Virus record (IMG/VR): IMGVR_UViG_2751185825_000001
Origin: a virus
Strand: one strand, 5' to 3'
DNA length: 64,000 nucleotides
This document shows, piece by piece, positions 9,688 to 18,301 of the stretch. The notes below the pieces were generated by a model. It was not told the DNA's origin, made no database searches, and saw nothing but the letters and a program-made list of their open reading frames with translations. Each line of letters starts with the position of its first letter. Position 1 is the stretch's first letter. A program made the translations under genes and the position numbers.

Positions 9688-9881
9688 GACCGCGACCCAC
9701 GCGCAAAAGTCCGAAGTACTTGTCCCCGATAGGGCTCGGGGCCGCGATATGTCTCCTTCATCGACGCATTGCTGATCCGATGTGTCCTGGCCGATTCCTC
9801 GGCCGTGATGAACGAAATCTTCTGCTCGAGGGTGCTTCGGTTGCGGCCGGTCTTGGGGTCGTGTTGGGTGTTGCGTGTCAT
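9684..9881 (-). CDS. Hypothetical phage protein
   Basis: ORF in early-left array. Confidence 0.5.
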   Translation of the reverse strand: MTRNTQHDPKTGRNRSTLEQKISFITAEESARTHRISNASMKETYRGPEPYRGQVLRTFARGSRS

Positions 9882-9885
9882 GGGG

Positions 9886-10149
9886 CTAACTCAGGCTGTT
9901 GAAAATGCGAACTGCGCGACGCTGGATCACACTTGATACAAGTGCTGCGCGTTCCGGGGGGGTAAACCAGCGCTGCAGCTTTGCTAAACTGGTCGCAACC
10001 TCTGCTTCGCAGTGCTCCCGGCCAGGTTTTCCCGTGGGCCATGTCACCAGTTCATGAGTAGATAGCTGGGCGCGAAGACGCCAGTGTTTACGCTTGCGCA
10101 ACAAGTACAAAGTGCGCTTGTTTTCCAGTCGTGTCATGGCAAGTTCCAT
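9886..10149 (-). CDS. Hypothetical phage protein
   Basis: ORF downstream of a terminator hairpin. Confidence 0.45.
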   Translation of the reverse strand: MELAMTRLENKRTLYLLRKRKHWRLRAQLSTHELVTWPTGKPGREHCEAEVATSLAKLQRWFTPPERAALVSSVIQRRAVRIFNSLS

Positions 10150-10162
10150 TAAAAAAGCCCGC

Positions 10163-10744
10163 TCAGTGGCGGGCTGGATGGGAGGTCAGGCCGATTGCGT
10201 GACCTGGGTGCATTCGCATGTAAATCTTCCTCAGCACGTCAAGCGCCGTCTGCATCTGCTTCGGTGTGCTTGCAGTCACGATGGCGTCGTGAGCGTCCAG
10301 GGCCTCGGCGGTCTGGGACATGCCCTGGCCATCAAATCCGAATCGACCATGGCTGACACTGCGCGCTCGACATCGCTTCATTGCTTGCTGACCAGCTTCT
10401 AGGATTTCCACAAGTGCTGGGTCAATTTCCTCGGCCCGGATCCGCGCCAAGTTGATCGCCACAGCCACACGATTGAAGTCCTCATCGTCAGCCTGGCCGG
10501 TCTGCAAACGCTCAAACCCGCTTCGGATGCGCAGCAGGTCTGGCGTCAGGTCGGCTTGCTCGTACGGGCGGCAGTCATCAAGCAGCACAAGCGGGGCGAC
10601 CTGCTTCTTTATCGCCTGCGCCACATCGCGTTTTGTGAGTCTCACGTTGCGGTTGCGTTTGGCGGCGCGGCGCTGTGCACGGTTCACTGGAGCAGCGTTC
10701 ACGGCTTGCTCAAGCGTGTGGAGTTTTTGGGCTGAGATGATCAT
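10163..10744 (-). CDS. Hypothetical phage protein
   Basis: NRAQRRAAKR...GRFGFDG; start uncertain. Confidence 0.6.
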   Translation of the reverse strand: MIISAQKLHTLEQAVNAAPVNRAQRRAAKRNRNVRLTKRDVAQAIKKQVAPLVLLDDCRPYEQADLTPDLLRIRSGFERLQTGQADDEDFNRVAVAINLARIRAEEIDPALVEILEAGQQAMKRCRARSVSHGRFGFDGQGMSQTAEALDAHDAIVTASTPKQMQTALDVLRKIYMRMHPGHAIGLTSHPARH

Positions 10745-10799
10745 TTCGTACTCGGCTCGCGCAGTGTGTAGTTCAAGATCTCGGAAATGGAAGGCAAGG

Positions 10800-11216
10800 T
10801 CAGAAGGGTATGGAATCATCCATGTCATCGAAGCCGCTGCCGGCTGCAGGAGGAGGCGCCGGCCTGGGCGGCGGAGGCGCGGGCCGCTGCACTTCCTGGC
10901 CACCTCGGGCAAAGTCATCAAAATCGGCCACGCCCTCAAGCGCCGTACCTGTCGTGCCATCCTGTTTTTGAAACGTGGTCACATGCAGGTCGCGCACGAT
11001 GAGCGAAACCTGTTTGCCTTTGAGTAGGTAGGGCGCCAAGGCCTCAGCCTGCTTGCCAAACATGGCCAGCCTGAGCCATTGAGTGGGGCGCTTCCCATCA
11101 TCTCCTTTGCGACCGTAGTTGTATGCAGCCGCGATCTGTACGACAGTGGTTCCGTTTTGCGTGGATCGCACCTCAGCGTCACGGCCAAGCGTGAAAAGTC
11201 CGGTCATTGTTGCCAT
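10800..11216 (-). CDS. ssb: Single-stranded DNA-binding protein
   Basis: LGRDAEVR OB-fold and acidic tail FDDMDDSIPF. Confidence 0.93.
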   Translation of the reverse strand: MATMTGLFTLGRDAEVRSTQNGTTVVQIAAAYNYGRKGDDGKRPTQWLRLAMFGKQAEALAPYLLKGKQVSLIVRDLHVTTFQKQDGTTGTALEGVADFDDFARGGQEVQRPAPPPPRPAPPPAAGSGFDDMDDSIPF

Positions 11217-11226
11217 GTGTATTCCT

Positions 11227-11856
11227 TTAGGCGGGGTGATCCGCTTCGATTTGCTTCAGCTCTCGCGCAATGCACTCCCACCCGGCTTCGATCTTCTCGA
11301 CCATCAACCGCTCGAGTTGCGGGTCTCGCCGATACAGCTTTGAGGTGATCCGCATGTGCGCAGGAATTTCTGAAACGATGTGCATCGCCTCGTCTTCGTG
11401 CCCAATGAGGTCGTCTGGGGTGTCAAGCAGGCAGTAGCAGACCTCCGCCTCGTCGCAGTCCCAAAGCTGCATGTAGGCCCGCATCTGCCACTCATACTCA
11501 GTGCAGTGCACGTCGTCGCTGGTCTTGGGAAACGTGGCCAAGCTCCACGCGGTTTTGATGTCCCGAATTCGCTGGCCGTCGTACAAATCACATTCGCCCG
11601 ACAACCACGTGTTTTCTCGACGCGCGGTGTTTTTCGCCAAGTCGGTGAAGAAAACATGGTTGTAGAGCGCGATAGCCTCGTCCTCGAGCGCGAGACCCTT
11701 TTCAAGGTACTTGCTGGTGACGCTGGGCTGATACCCATATGCGATCTGACCAGCGATCTCACGGCAGAAGGCCTTTGCGCCTTCACTCAGAATTTCGCTC
11801 TTCAGCCTCGGTCGGGCCATAAGGCGGTGCAGGCTATGTGGTCTGAACTTGTGCAT
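11227..11856 (-). CDS. Phage exonuclease (lambda-Exo/YqaJ-like PD-(D/E)xK)
   Basis: KGLALEDEAI, GECD, DIK, YEWQMRAYM. Confidence 0.8.
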   Translation of the reverse strand: MHKFRPHSLHRLMARPRLKSEILSEGAKAFCREIAGQIAYGYQPSVTSKYLEKGLALEDEAIALYNHVFFTDLAKNTARRENTWLSGECDLYDGQRIRDIKTAWSLATFPKTSDDVHCTEYEWQMRAYMQLWDCDEAEVCYCLLDTPDDLIGHEDEAMHIVSEIPAHMRITSKLYRRDPQLERLMVEKIEAGWECIARELKQIEADHPA

Positions 11857-12316
11857 TCAGCGCGTCCTGTTGTTCTTGGGTCAACTCGTAGTCGGAGCGA
11901 AGTTTGTCTGCACTGAACCGGCCGGAAAGGACCGCTCCCACGGCCTGTTTGAACCGCTCTGGAGATAACTGCTCCTTCTTGCGTGCGGCAACCTTGGGCC
12001 GGATGCGCAAGCACTCGACCTGCTCGCCTGCCAACTTGGTCGTCGTAGCAAACAGCGTGATCTGCCTGCCAGCCCAGTCCTCGATGAAAGGCCCGTAGAG
12101 CTTTGCGATGGACTTGCTGTTTGTGGCATTGAGGATGAATGGCTTCTGCCCTTGCAGATAAGCAACAGTGCATTCCTCTTTTTTCCCCCCATTGCCTGTT
12201 ACTTGCTCGCGCACCACATGCGAGATCGTGACGGTCAGATCCTGTCCTGGGTCCAGTGAATAGGCGCCGATGAAATCAGGATTCATCAAGCGCTTGTAGT
12301 GTGTCTTCGTTGTCAT
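11834..12316 (-). CDS. Recombination-module protein (possible annealase partner)
   Basis: Directly upstream of exonuclease and ssb; KPFILNATN motif. Confidence 0.6.
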   Translation of the reverse strand: MTTKTHYKRLMNPDFIGAYSLDPGQDLTVTISHVVREQVTGNGGKKEECTVAYLQGQKPFILNATNSKSIAKLYGPFIEDWAGRQITLFATTTKLAGEQVECLRIRPKVAARKKEQLSPERFKQAVGAVLSGRFSADKLRSDYELTQEQQDALNAQVQTT

Positions 12317-12540
12317 GTTGTTCGCCTCACAAGCGATTCCCGCCAGTCCGGCACTTCAGGGTAGGGCTGAGCAAGCTGGTGCCGCCCACCTGCATCGACC
12401 CAGCAGGTCTGTGCGCACACCGGTTCACATTCGTAAAAGTGCCATCGACCATCCTTGTCCATGGCAAGCCAGTGAGCCCAGGTTGGCCAGCCTGAAACTG
12501 CGGCTTGGATGGCTTTCCATTCAGAGTGGATGGCGTTCAT
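12313..12540 (-). CDS. Hypothetical phage protein
   Basis: PTWAHWLAMDKDGRWHFYECEP. Confidence 0.65.
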   Translation of the reverse strand: MNAIHSEWKAIQAAVSGWPTWAHWLAMDKDGRWHFYECEPVCAQTCWVDAGGRHQLAQPYPEVPDWRESLVRRTT

Positions 12541-12773
12541 GCAGCCCCCTTCAATTTGGCGTTGATCAGCTCCTGGGCCTGGAAGACCTTTTGGGCCGCA
12601 TTGTCAGGAACTTCGATGAGGCCGATAGCTTTAGAGTTCGGCTGATAGGCTGGGATCATTCCGACGAACAGCATCGACATTTGCTCAGTGATCGGCGCCC
12701 AGTAGAGCTTCCCTTCAACCTGAAGGAATACCGCAATGCCTTCCAGGGTGCCTTTGCTCACGACGGCGTTCAT
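12537..12773 (-). CDS. Hypothetical phage protein flanked by 20-bp direct repeats
   Basis: MNAVVSKG...KGAA; ATGA overlaps. Confidence 0.6.
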   Translation of the reverse strand: MNAVVSKGTLEGIAVFLQVEGKLYWAPITEQMSMLFVGMIPAYQPNSKAIGLIEVPDNAAQKVFQAQELINAKLKGAA

Positions 12774-13237
12774 GCAGCCCCCTTGAAAAGGGCCTCGATC
12801 TGCTCGCGTGCTGCAATCAGGTTGTCCGGGTGAACATCGAACTCGCCGATGCGGATGGTCCGGGGCTTGCGGCGGTATTTGAAGTGCGGCGCCCAAGAGG
12901 GTTGAACCGTCAATTCTTCCCATTCGCCGCTGAGACAAACCTCCCAACGGGTCCACGGCTCGGCGCACTCGGCTGCGTCTTCAGCGTAGAGCCGCATGCT
13001 CTCGGCATGCAGATGACCTAGGGTCTTGGCTGGCTCGATGTAGTCAGCAACGAGGTCAGCGGGGTTATCTTCCCCAAATCCCCACCGACCGGTGGGGGTG
13101 AGGGCTTCAACTACCCCGTCAGGGCGCGTGGTCGCGAACGGGAAATTGGGGCTGGGGCCTTTGGTGAGCGTGGCGATTTGGCCGTCTCGGCGCACGTACT
13201 TCTTGCCAGCTTCAAGGGGCAGGGTCAGCTTACTCAT
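12770..13237 (-). CDS. Hypothetical phage protein
   Basis: LEAGKKYVRRDG...YRRKPRTI. Confidence 0.65.
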   Translation of the reverse strand: MSKLTLPLEAGKKYVRRDGQIATLTKGPSPNFPFATTRPDGVVEALTPTGRWGFGEDNPADLVADYIEPAKTLGHLHAESMRLYAEDAAECAEPWTRWEVCLSGEWEELTVQPSWAPHFKYRRKPRTIRIGEFDVHPDNLIAAREQIEALFKGAA

Positions 13238-13557
13238 TGCTTCTCTCCCCGCGCCGTCAACAATGCATGCTTTGCCGCAACCCAATCCTCCGGACTGATG
13301 TAGCTGGGTCGTTCGCCCTCCAGCGCCTGAGCGATGGCCTGCAAGTCGGCCTGAACATCCGACGCCGCATGTGTCTCGTCTGGCCCGCTGCATGCACTCA
13401 GTACCAGCGCGGCCCACACGATCAGCATCAGCGCAGCCCATTGCAGAGCGACCCAGGTCAGACTTGATCGGGCATGAAAAAACCCGCGCTTGGCGGGTTC
13501 TGAGATTGGGGTTTCGGTTCTGCTTTGTCGGGAAAACCGGAGTGAGGTTTCGTCCAT
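13234..13557 (-). CDS. Putative lipoprotein/membrane protein
   Basis: AAGGAG RBS; hydrophobic stretch then LSAC lipobox-like motif. Confidence 0.55.
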   Translation of the reverse strand: MDETSLRFSRQSRTETPISEPAKRGFFHARSSLTWVALQWAALMLIVWAALVLSACSGPDETHAASDVQADLQAIAQALEGERPSYISPEDWVAAKHALLTARGEKQ

Positions 13558-13604
13558 TTCATTGCTCCTTAATTCCGTGGGCGGGTCAGTATTTTCAGAG
13601 CGGG

Positions 13605-13850
13605 TCATCGTCTGGCGATCCAGCCCGACGGCTCATCATCTTCGCTCGTAAGCGCTGCGAACTCTGTGTTTGCCCGGGTTCGGTCGCTGAAACAGAAGCG
13701 CCTTGAGTAGCCTTCTGCGTTGCAGCCAAGGTAGATCGCACGGGTGTAGATCAGATCGCCCAGCGCTGCAAAACTGCCATCGGGCAACTCGCGAACTTCG
13801 ATGTAGCCGCCGTAGCGCTGGATGATTTTTTTCAGTTCATCGTTCGTCAT
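13605..13850 (-). CDS. Hypothetical phage protein
   Basis: ORF in array. Confidence 0.6.
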   Translation of the reverse strand: MTNDELKKIIQRYGGYIEVRELPDGSFAALGDLIYTRAIYLGCNAEGYSRRFCFSDRTRANTEFAALTSEDDEPSGWIARR

Positions 13851-14213
13851 TTAGGTGGCAATCATCAGTCTTGGCTGTTTGTAGATCGCTTCCGAGAGCC
13901 CATACGCCCACTGCGCGGCGTAGTCGGAATGCCCGCATGCGGACATCTCTGCCTTTCTGACTTGTGCCATCTCCAGGGGTTTCTTCCCGCTTTCAAGGCA
14001 GCAGTCACGGGCGACCTCCCACATGGCTCTAAGCTCAGCCTCCAGCCAAGCGTCAGCCTCTCGCTTCCCTCTCAGGGCTTGCTCAGCAATGAGTCTGTCA
14101 TAGATGCGCTGCTCGGGTTGCCCGATTGGGCGAAATGGGTCAGCGTGCTCGGATGTCACTCCACAGGAGCAGGGCTTATTCATGGCATCGCGGCTTTGTT
14201 GTTCGGTGCTCAT
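13851..14213 (-). CDS. Hypothetical phage protein
   Basis: ATGA overlap with upstream gene. Confidence 0.6.
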   Translation of the reverse strand: MSTEQQSRDAMNKPCSCGVTSEHADPFRPIGQPEQRIYDRLIAEQALRGKREADAWLEAELRAMWEVARDCCLESGKKPLEMAQVRKAEMSACGHSDYAAQWAYGLSEAIYKQPRLMIAT

Positions 14214-14518
14214 GCTAATCGCTCCCTCAAATAGTCATCAATCGCCTCATCCACTCGCTCACCAGCGCGCCGGATGATCCAAGCACCCAGGGCGTAGATG
14301 TGCTGCTGCCTTATCTCGTAAGGCGCGCCATTCGCAGCACGGGCCAGCCGGCATAGCTCAGCGAAGTCGTCATCGTCTGCAACAAGCTCGCCCAGGTTGT
14401 CGTCGCTGACGGGGTTGAACTGCGGCAGTTCGGATGCTGCTTCAAATGCGGCTTGGTAGGCGCTTTCGCTGTCCAAGGAGGACAAGGCGCTCGACTCGAT
14501 CAGGGAGATGGCGTTCAT
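14210..14518 (-). CDS. Hypothetical phage protein
   Basis: GGAGG RBS. Confidence 0.6.
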   Translation of the reverse strand: MNAISLIESSALSSLDSESAYQAAFEAASELPQFNPVSDDNLGELVADDDDFAELCRLARAANGAPYEIRQQHIYALGAWIIRRAGERVDEAIDDYLRERLA

Positions 14519-14646
14519 GCTTCCTCCTTAAATTTTCCGTTCTCATCGACCACGTACCAGACGCCAGCCTTAATGCCGTCACGACCGACAATTGCTGCTG
14601 CAGCGTGCGTGATCTCTCCTTCATCGTTGCGGTGTACTAGACGCAT
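14515..14646 (-). pseudogene. 43-aa ORF resembling the C-terminal remnant of a larger phage protein
   Basis: MRLVHRNDEGEITHAAAAIVGRDGIKAGVWYVVDENGKFKEEA; its ATG overlaps the terminal A of the tRNA CCA. Confidence 0.45.
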
Positions 14647-14720
14647 GGCACCCCTGACAGGAATCGAACCTGTACCTGCCCCTTAGGAGGGGGCCGTTCT
14701 ATCCATTGAACTACAGAGGT
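14646..14720 (-). tRNA. tRNA-Arg (anticodon CCT, reads AGG)
   Basis: Full 75-nt cloverleaf with GCCCC-CT-CCT-AA-GGGGC arm, GGTTCGATTCC T arm and CCA end. Confidence 0.93.
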
Positions 14721-14761
14721 TAGTTGGGGATGATGGCCGCGTCTAACACGCGCACATAAAT

Positions 14762-15070
14762 TCACTCCATGGCCTCTGCGGCTTCGTCCCAGACCCAGTG
14801 GGTTTCATCATCGAGGCCACTTCCGGGCAGCCGGAACACGGCGTTCGCAGCTTCAGCAAGGGCCGTGGCAGTCTCGTACTCGCCTGCGTTTTTATGCATC
14901 CATGCACGCACATCGCGACGACGTGCAGCATCGTTGACGGGCTTTACGATTGGTGGCCTGGGGCTGCGCTCCATCGTGGCGGCTTCAACTTCTCGGAGGA
15001 TGTCATTTCGCCGCTGATTCTCAAGATGGAGATTTCGTCTCCATCGGTTCTCCTGCTTTACGCTGGTCAT
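14762..15070 (-). CDS. Hypothetical phage protein
   Basis: GGAG RBS; MTSVKQEN. Confidence 0.55.
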   Translation of the reverse strand: MTSVKQENRWRRNLHLENQRRNDILREVEAATMERSPRPPIVKPVNDAARRRDVRAWMHKNAGEYETATALAEAANAVFRLPGSGLDDETHWVWDEAAEAME

Positions 15071-15159
15071 GGCGGGCTCCAATGAAAAAGCCCGCTCAGG
15101 GCGGGCTTGGATGAATAGATTGGTACGCTTTTGGCTGTGAATGCGTACGGGAAGGATCA

Positions 15160-15334
15160 CCATCATTGAAGCGGGCCGGACGCTACCCCGGCGATGTGTT
15201 CGTCAGTCTGGTTGAGCAGGCTCAACTCTCAGTTTCTGCTGGGCCACCTTCCTGCCCGTCGTGGCTTTGTTTTCTGTGTGCCCACGTCACACTGTGCGTT
15301 TCATCGATTTCCAACGCCGCCGCTTCAATGATGG
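15160..15334 (-). ncRNA. tRNA-like structured RNA, element A
   Basis: 15-bp perfect closing stem, GCGT...ACGC D-like arm, GCCGG-GGTAGCGT-CCGGC T-like arm. Confidence 0.55.
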
Positions 15335-15573
15335 CCCCGCTTTGCCCTGCGGGTTAGGGCACGCGATGGGCTCGCGCGGGCCTACTTCACCTCACGTCGC
15401 TCTCCCAAAAAAAGCGGCCCGCACAAGGCGGGCCGGTTGTGTGATGGCTCACATGAAGCAGTGGTTTTTTGGAGGAGTGCGAGGCGGCGCTAACCCGCGT
15501 CCCATCACGCCCCCACTGTATGGTCTGGTTTGCCTGGGCTCATCAGGGCAAGCCCTGAAGTCTTTCGGCTCAA

Positions 15574-15766
15574 TGATGGTGCTGGTTACGCCTCCAGCGA
15601 CAGCCTTACGCGCTGCCCGTTCACCTGCCCTCGCAGTTAGATCGCGCCACGTCTTTCCCGTGGAGTCATGATGGTTGTCCCAGTCGCTAATCTGGGTTGT
15701 GGCGGTTCTCTATCTGCCGCCAGGAGGATCAGTCCAACCCGGTGCTACCGGCTTTCTTCACCATCA
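15574..15766 (-). ncRNA. Structured RNA, element B
   Basis: TGATGGTG/CACCATCA closing stem; internal CCCAG-ATTAGCGA-CTGGG and GCTGG-AGGCGTAA-CCAGC hairpins. Confidence 0.4.
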
Positions 15767-15919
15767 AACCGAGGTGTCTCAGTTCATCGCTTTGCGCCAT
15801 CTGCGCTGAGGACTGGCAAGTGCACTGCGTTCTCACCGGCATAGCGCGCTTCTTGACTTCCGTATAACCGTCTGGGATGTAGTTCATGGGGGAACTCTTT
15901 CAATCTGCTCGCCATGGGA

Positions 15920-16222
15920 TCAGCATTCGATAGCGGTCTGCGTCAGGCCTCCGGCTGCTGCAGCGACGGCACTCTGCGGCTCGTCGGGGTTCAGGCCGTA
16001 GGCGGCGGAGAAGGCGTATTGGCTGGGGTAGGCCTCGAAGGGCGGCGAGCCCACCTCACTACAGCGAACAGAAATCATTCCATCACCATCTTCGTTTACT
16101 TCGATGAAGTGCCCGCTATCGGTGCGGATGTGGGTCAAAAGCAGCCCATTCACGTTGTTCAGCTCGCACATGGCGTTGTAGACGGCTTCGGCCTGGGACT
16201 TGTTGAGGATGCGGGCTGCCAT
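15920..16222 (-). CDS. Early pL-operon hypothetical protein
   Basis: AGGAG RBS; MAARILNKSQAEAVY. Confidence 0.7.
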   Translation of the reverse strand: MAARILNKSQAEAVYNAMCELNNVNGLLLTHIRTDSGHFIEVNEDGDGMISVRCSEVGSPPFEAYPSQYAFSAAYGLNPDEPQSAVAAAAGGLTQTAIEC

Positions 16223-16466
16223 GGTGCTTCTCCTGGTGGTTGGTTGATCCTTCAATCCGCAACGCACTCGGTGAATGCGCTCTGGATTGCTTCCACCGGT
16301 TTTCACCCCGGTGGCGTGACTGGCATATCCCACAGATGTGGTTCCAATCACCTTGCATGCAGCCGCAGTTCCGGTAGTTCATCGGGTTTGGCCGCCACCT
16401 TTTGTGTTCTGCCGGTGTGCACAGGGGCAGGGCGCTTTCATCAAGTGCGCCTGTTCATCCTTCTGT

Positions 16467-16695
16467 GAGAGCGATGTGAAGGGCGGGCAGGGCGCTACTC
16501 CTGCTGGGGCTACGGCTTTTTCACGTTGCGCTTTTTCTGCCGTGATTGAGTACAGGTTCCAAGAGCCGAGGCGTCTCTACGTGTGCGCGTTTGTCGTTGC
16601 CGGGTCTCCCGCTGCTGACTTGCTGCGTGTCTCTGGCTCCAGCTTTCGCCTTCACAGCCTTTGGCTTCCACGCCGCCGCCCTTCACATCGCTCTC
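16467..16695 (-). ncRNA. tRNA-like structured RNA, element C
   Basis: 20-bp perfect closing stem, GCGT...ACGC arm, GCAGG-AGTAGCGC-CCTGC T-like arm. Confidence 0.55.
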
Positions 16696-16697
16696 TC

Positions 16698-16707
16698 TTG
16701 TTAAAGA
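16698..16707 (-). promoter_or_regulatory. boxA-like antitermination site
   Basis: TCTTTAACAA about 150 nt downstream of pL. Confidence 0.55.
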
Positions 16708-16857
16708 CCCAAGGGCTTCAGCGCGATCACTCCAGCCCATCGACTTGGTGCCCAGGAGAGCCCGCAGCGCGAGATCACTGAACCGAACCCCGCTGCTGCG
16801 TCCTGTCCGCTTCGCCACCGTGTCGCTGTGGCTGGGGTTCGTTGTGTCGATGGATGA

Positions 16858-16913
16858 ATTATTAGTCCGAGTGCTTTATTTGTCAACAGTCGGACTAATT
16901 TAAATCGACTAAT
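16858..16913 (-). promoter_or_regulatory. pL promoter with OL operators
   Basis: TTGACA-N17-AATAAT; ATTAGTCCGAGTGCT and AACAGTCGGACTAAT resemble the OR sites. Confidence 0.85.
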
Positions 16914-17040
16914 TTTTTCTTCTGATAGCGCCAAGCCCCGCTGTGTCGGGCTTTCTGCGAGAAGTGCAAGCCAGGCTTGCGCAAGTGCTGCTTGCTGTCA
17001 AAAAAATTGGGCTTGCGTCAGCCGTTATCCGTGTGGAATA

Positions 17041-17056
17041 CTGTATGAAAAAACAG
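17041..17056 (+). promoter_or_regulatory. LexA (SOS) box
   Basis: CTGT-ATGAAAAA-ACAG upstream of the umuDC-containing operon. Confidence 0.85.
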
Positions 17057-17064
17057 GTATCAAC

Positions 17065-17340
17065 ATGAGTGAAGACCGAAAAACACTGCTGGGGCGGCGC
17101 CTGCGCGCTGCGAGGACCAACGCTAGGTTGTCTCAGGCCTTCGTGGCCGATGGCTTGGCCGTGACGAGGCAAACAGTCTCGGGGTGGGAGACGGGCGCTT
17201 ACAGCCCATCCGCCACGCAGCTGGCCGAGCTGGCGACGATGTACTGCGTTTGCGCGCATGCATTGCTGTTCGGCGAGCCGTTCAGGGCAGTGGGGTTCGG
17301 CGCATTCATGGGGCAGGGCCGTGCCCTGTCTCCCAACTAA
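17065..17340 (+). CDS. XRE-family HTH protein, SOS-regulated
   Basis: LRAARTNARLSQAFVADGLAVTRQTVSGWETG. Confidence 0.85.
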   Translation: MSEDRKTLLGRRLRAARTNARLSQAFVADGLAVTRQTVSGWETGAYSPSATQLAELATMYCVCAHALLFGEPFRAVGFGAFMGQGRALSPN

Positions 17341-17358
17341 TTCAACCAAGGAAGAAAA

Positions 17359-17628
17359 ATGGACGCCAAGACGCTTTTTGACCAGATGTGCGAACCGCGT
17401 GCGAACGTAGATCAGGTGCGCAACATCACAGCCACCTATGCGGATCTGGTCGCAGGCATTGCAGACAGGCTGACGCCGGCTGAGCTGGATGCGTTCATTC
17501 GCCTTGGCTCAGTGATGAAGGGGCGCGTGACCGTGAAGGTGCCACTGCTCAAGCTGGAGCAGGTGGATGCCTGGCTTGCGTACAGCAAGAAGCACTTCCC
17601 GTCTGACGCTGCTGCTTTGAGGGGCTGA
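17359..17628 (+). CDS. Hypothetical protein (paralog 1)
   Basis: MDAKTLFDQM; similar to next gene. Confidence 0.7.
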   Translation: MDAKTLFDQMCEPRANVDQVRNITATYADLVAGIADRLTPAELDAFIRLGSVMKGRVTVKVPLLKLEQVDAWLAYSKKHFPSDAAALRG

Positions 17629-17630
17629 CC

Positions 17631-17840
17631 ATGGACGCAAAGACTTTGCTGGACCGTATGAACAACGCGCATGCACCCACAGGAATCTGCCTGGATGAGC
17701 CCTACGCGGAGTTCCTGGCCACCATTGCGCACAAGCTGTCAGCCGATGAGCTGGACAAGCTGGTCACCTTCGGCGCCGCTCTCACCGATATGATTTTGAT
17801 TCCATACATGCGTGCATCGGATTGGGCGAAGGTCGAATGA
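17631..17840 (+). CDS. Hypothetical protein (paralog 2)
   Basis: MDAKTLLDRM; similar to previous gene. Confidence 0.7.
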   Translation: MDAKTLLDRMNNAHAPTGICLDEPYAEFLATIAHKLSADELDKLVTFGAALTDMILIPYMRASDWAKVE

Positions 17841-17862
17841 CGCAGGCCCAGCAGAGCCCTTC

Positions 17863-18297
17863 ATGACCACCGCCAGCCTTCTCGGTCCAGTAGACACGTC
17901 CAGCGCGTGCCACCTGCTGCTCGCTGCAAGTCCTGTGCAGGCGGGCTTTCCTTCTCCCGCTGAGGACTTCGCGGCCAAGCGCATCGATCTCAATGCAGAG
18001 CTGATCGTTCATCCGCAGGCAACTTTTCTCATGCGTGCAGCCGGCGTGTCCATGGTCGAATTTGGCATTGGCGACCGTGATCTGATGGTTGTGGACCGGG
18101 CCATTCGCCCGCGCCATGGGCTGATCGTGGTTGCAGTGATCGACGCTGAATTCACAGTCAAGCAGCTTCACAGCAGGGCGGGGCGCGTCAAGCTCAAGGC
18201 AGGCAATCCGACGTATCCCGACATCGTGCCCCAGGACGCCCAGGAACTGACGATCTGGGGCGTGGTGACGCATTGCATCAAGAGCATGTGCGGGTGA
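17863..18297 (+). CDS. umuD: Pol V accessory subunit UmuD (S24 peptidase)
   Basis: [21 protein letters not shown]. Confidence 0.93.
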   Translation: MTTASLLGPVDTSSACHLLLAASPVQAGFPSPAEDFAAKRIDLNAELIVHPQATFLMRAAGVSMVEFGIGDRDLMVVDRAIRPRHGLIVVAVIDAEFTVKQLHSRAGRVKLKAGNPTYPDIVPQDAQELTIWGVVTHCIKSMCG

Positions 18298-18301
18298 TGC
18301 G

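Noticed and set aside
15160..16695. CRISPR array or MITEs explaining the inverted repeats
   Set aside because: No regularly spaced identical repeats; closing stems differ between elements; no target-site duplications or transposase seen
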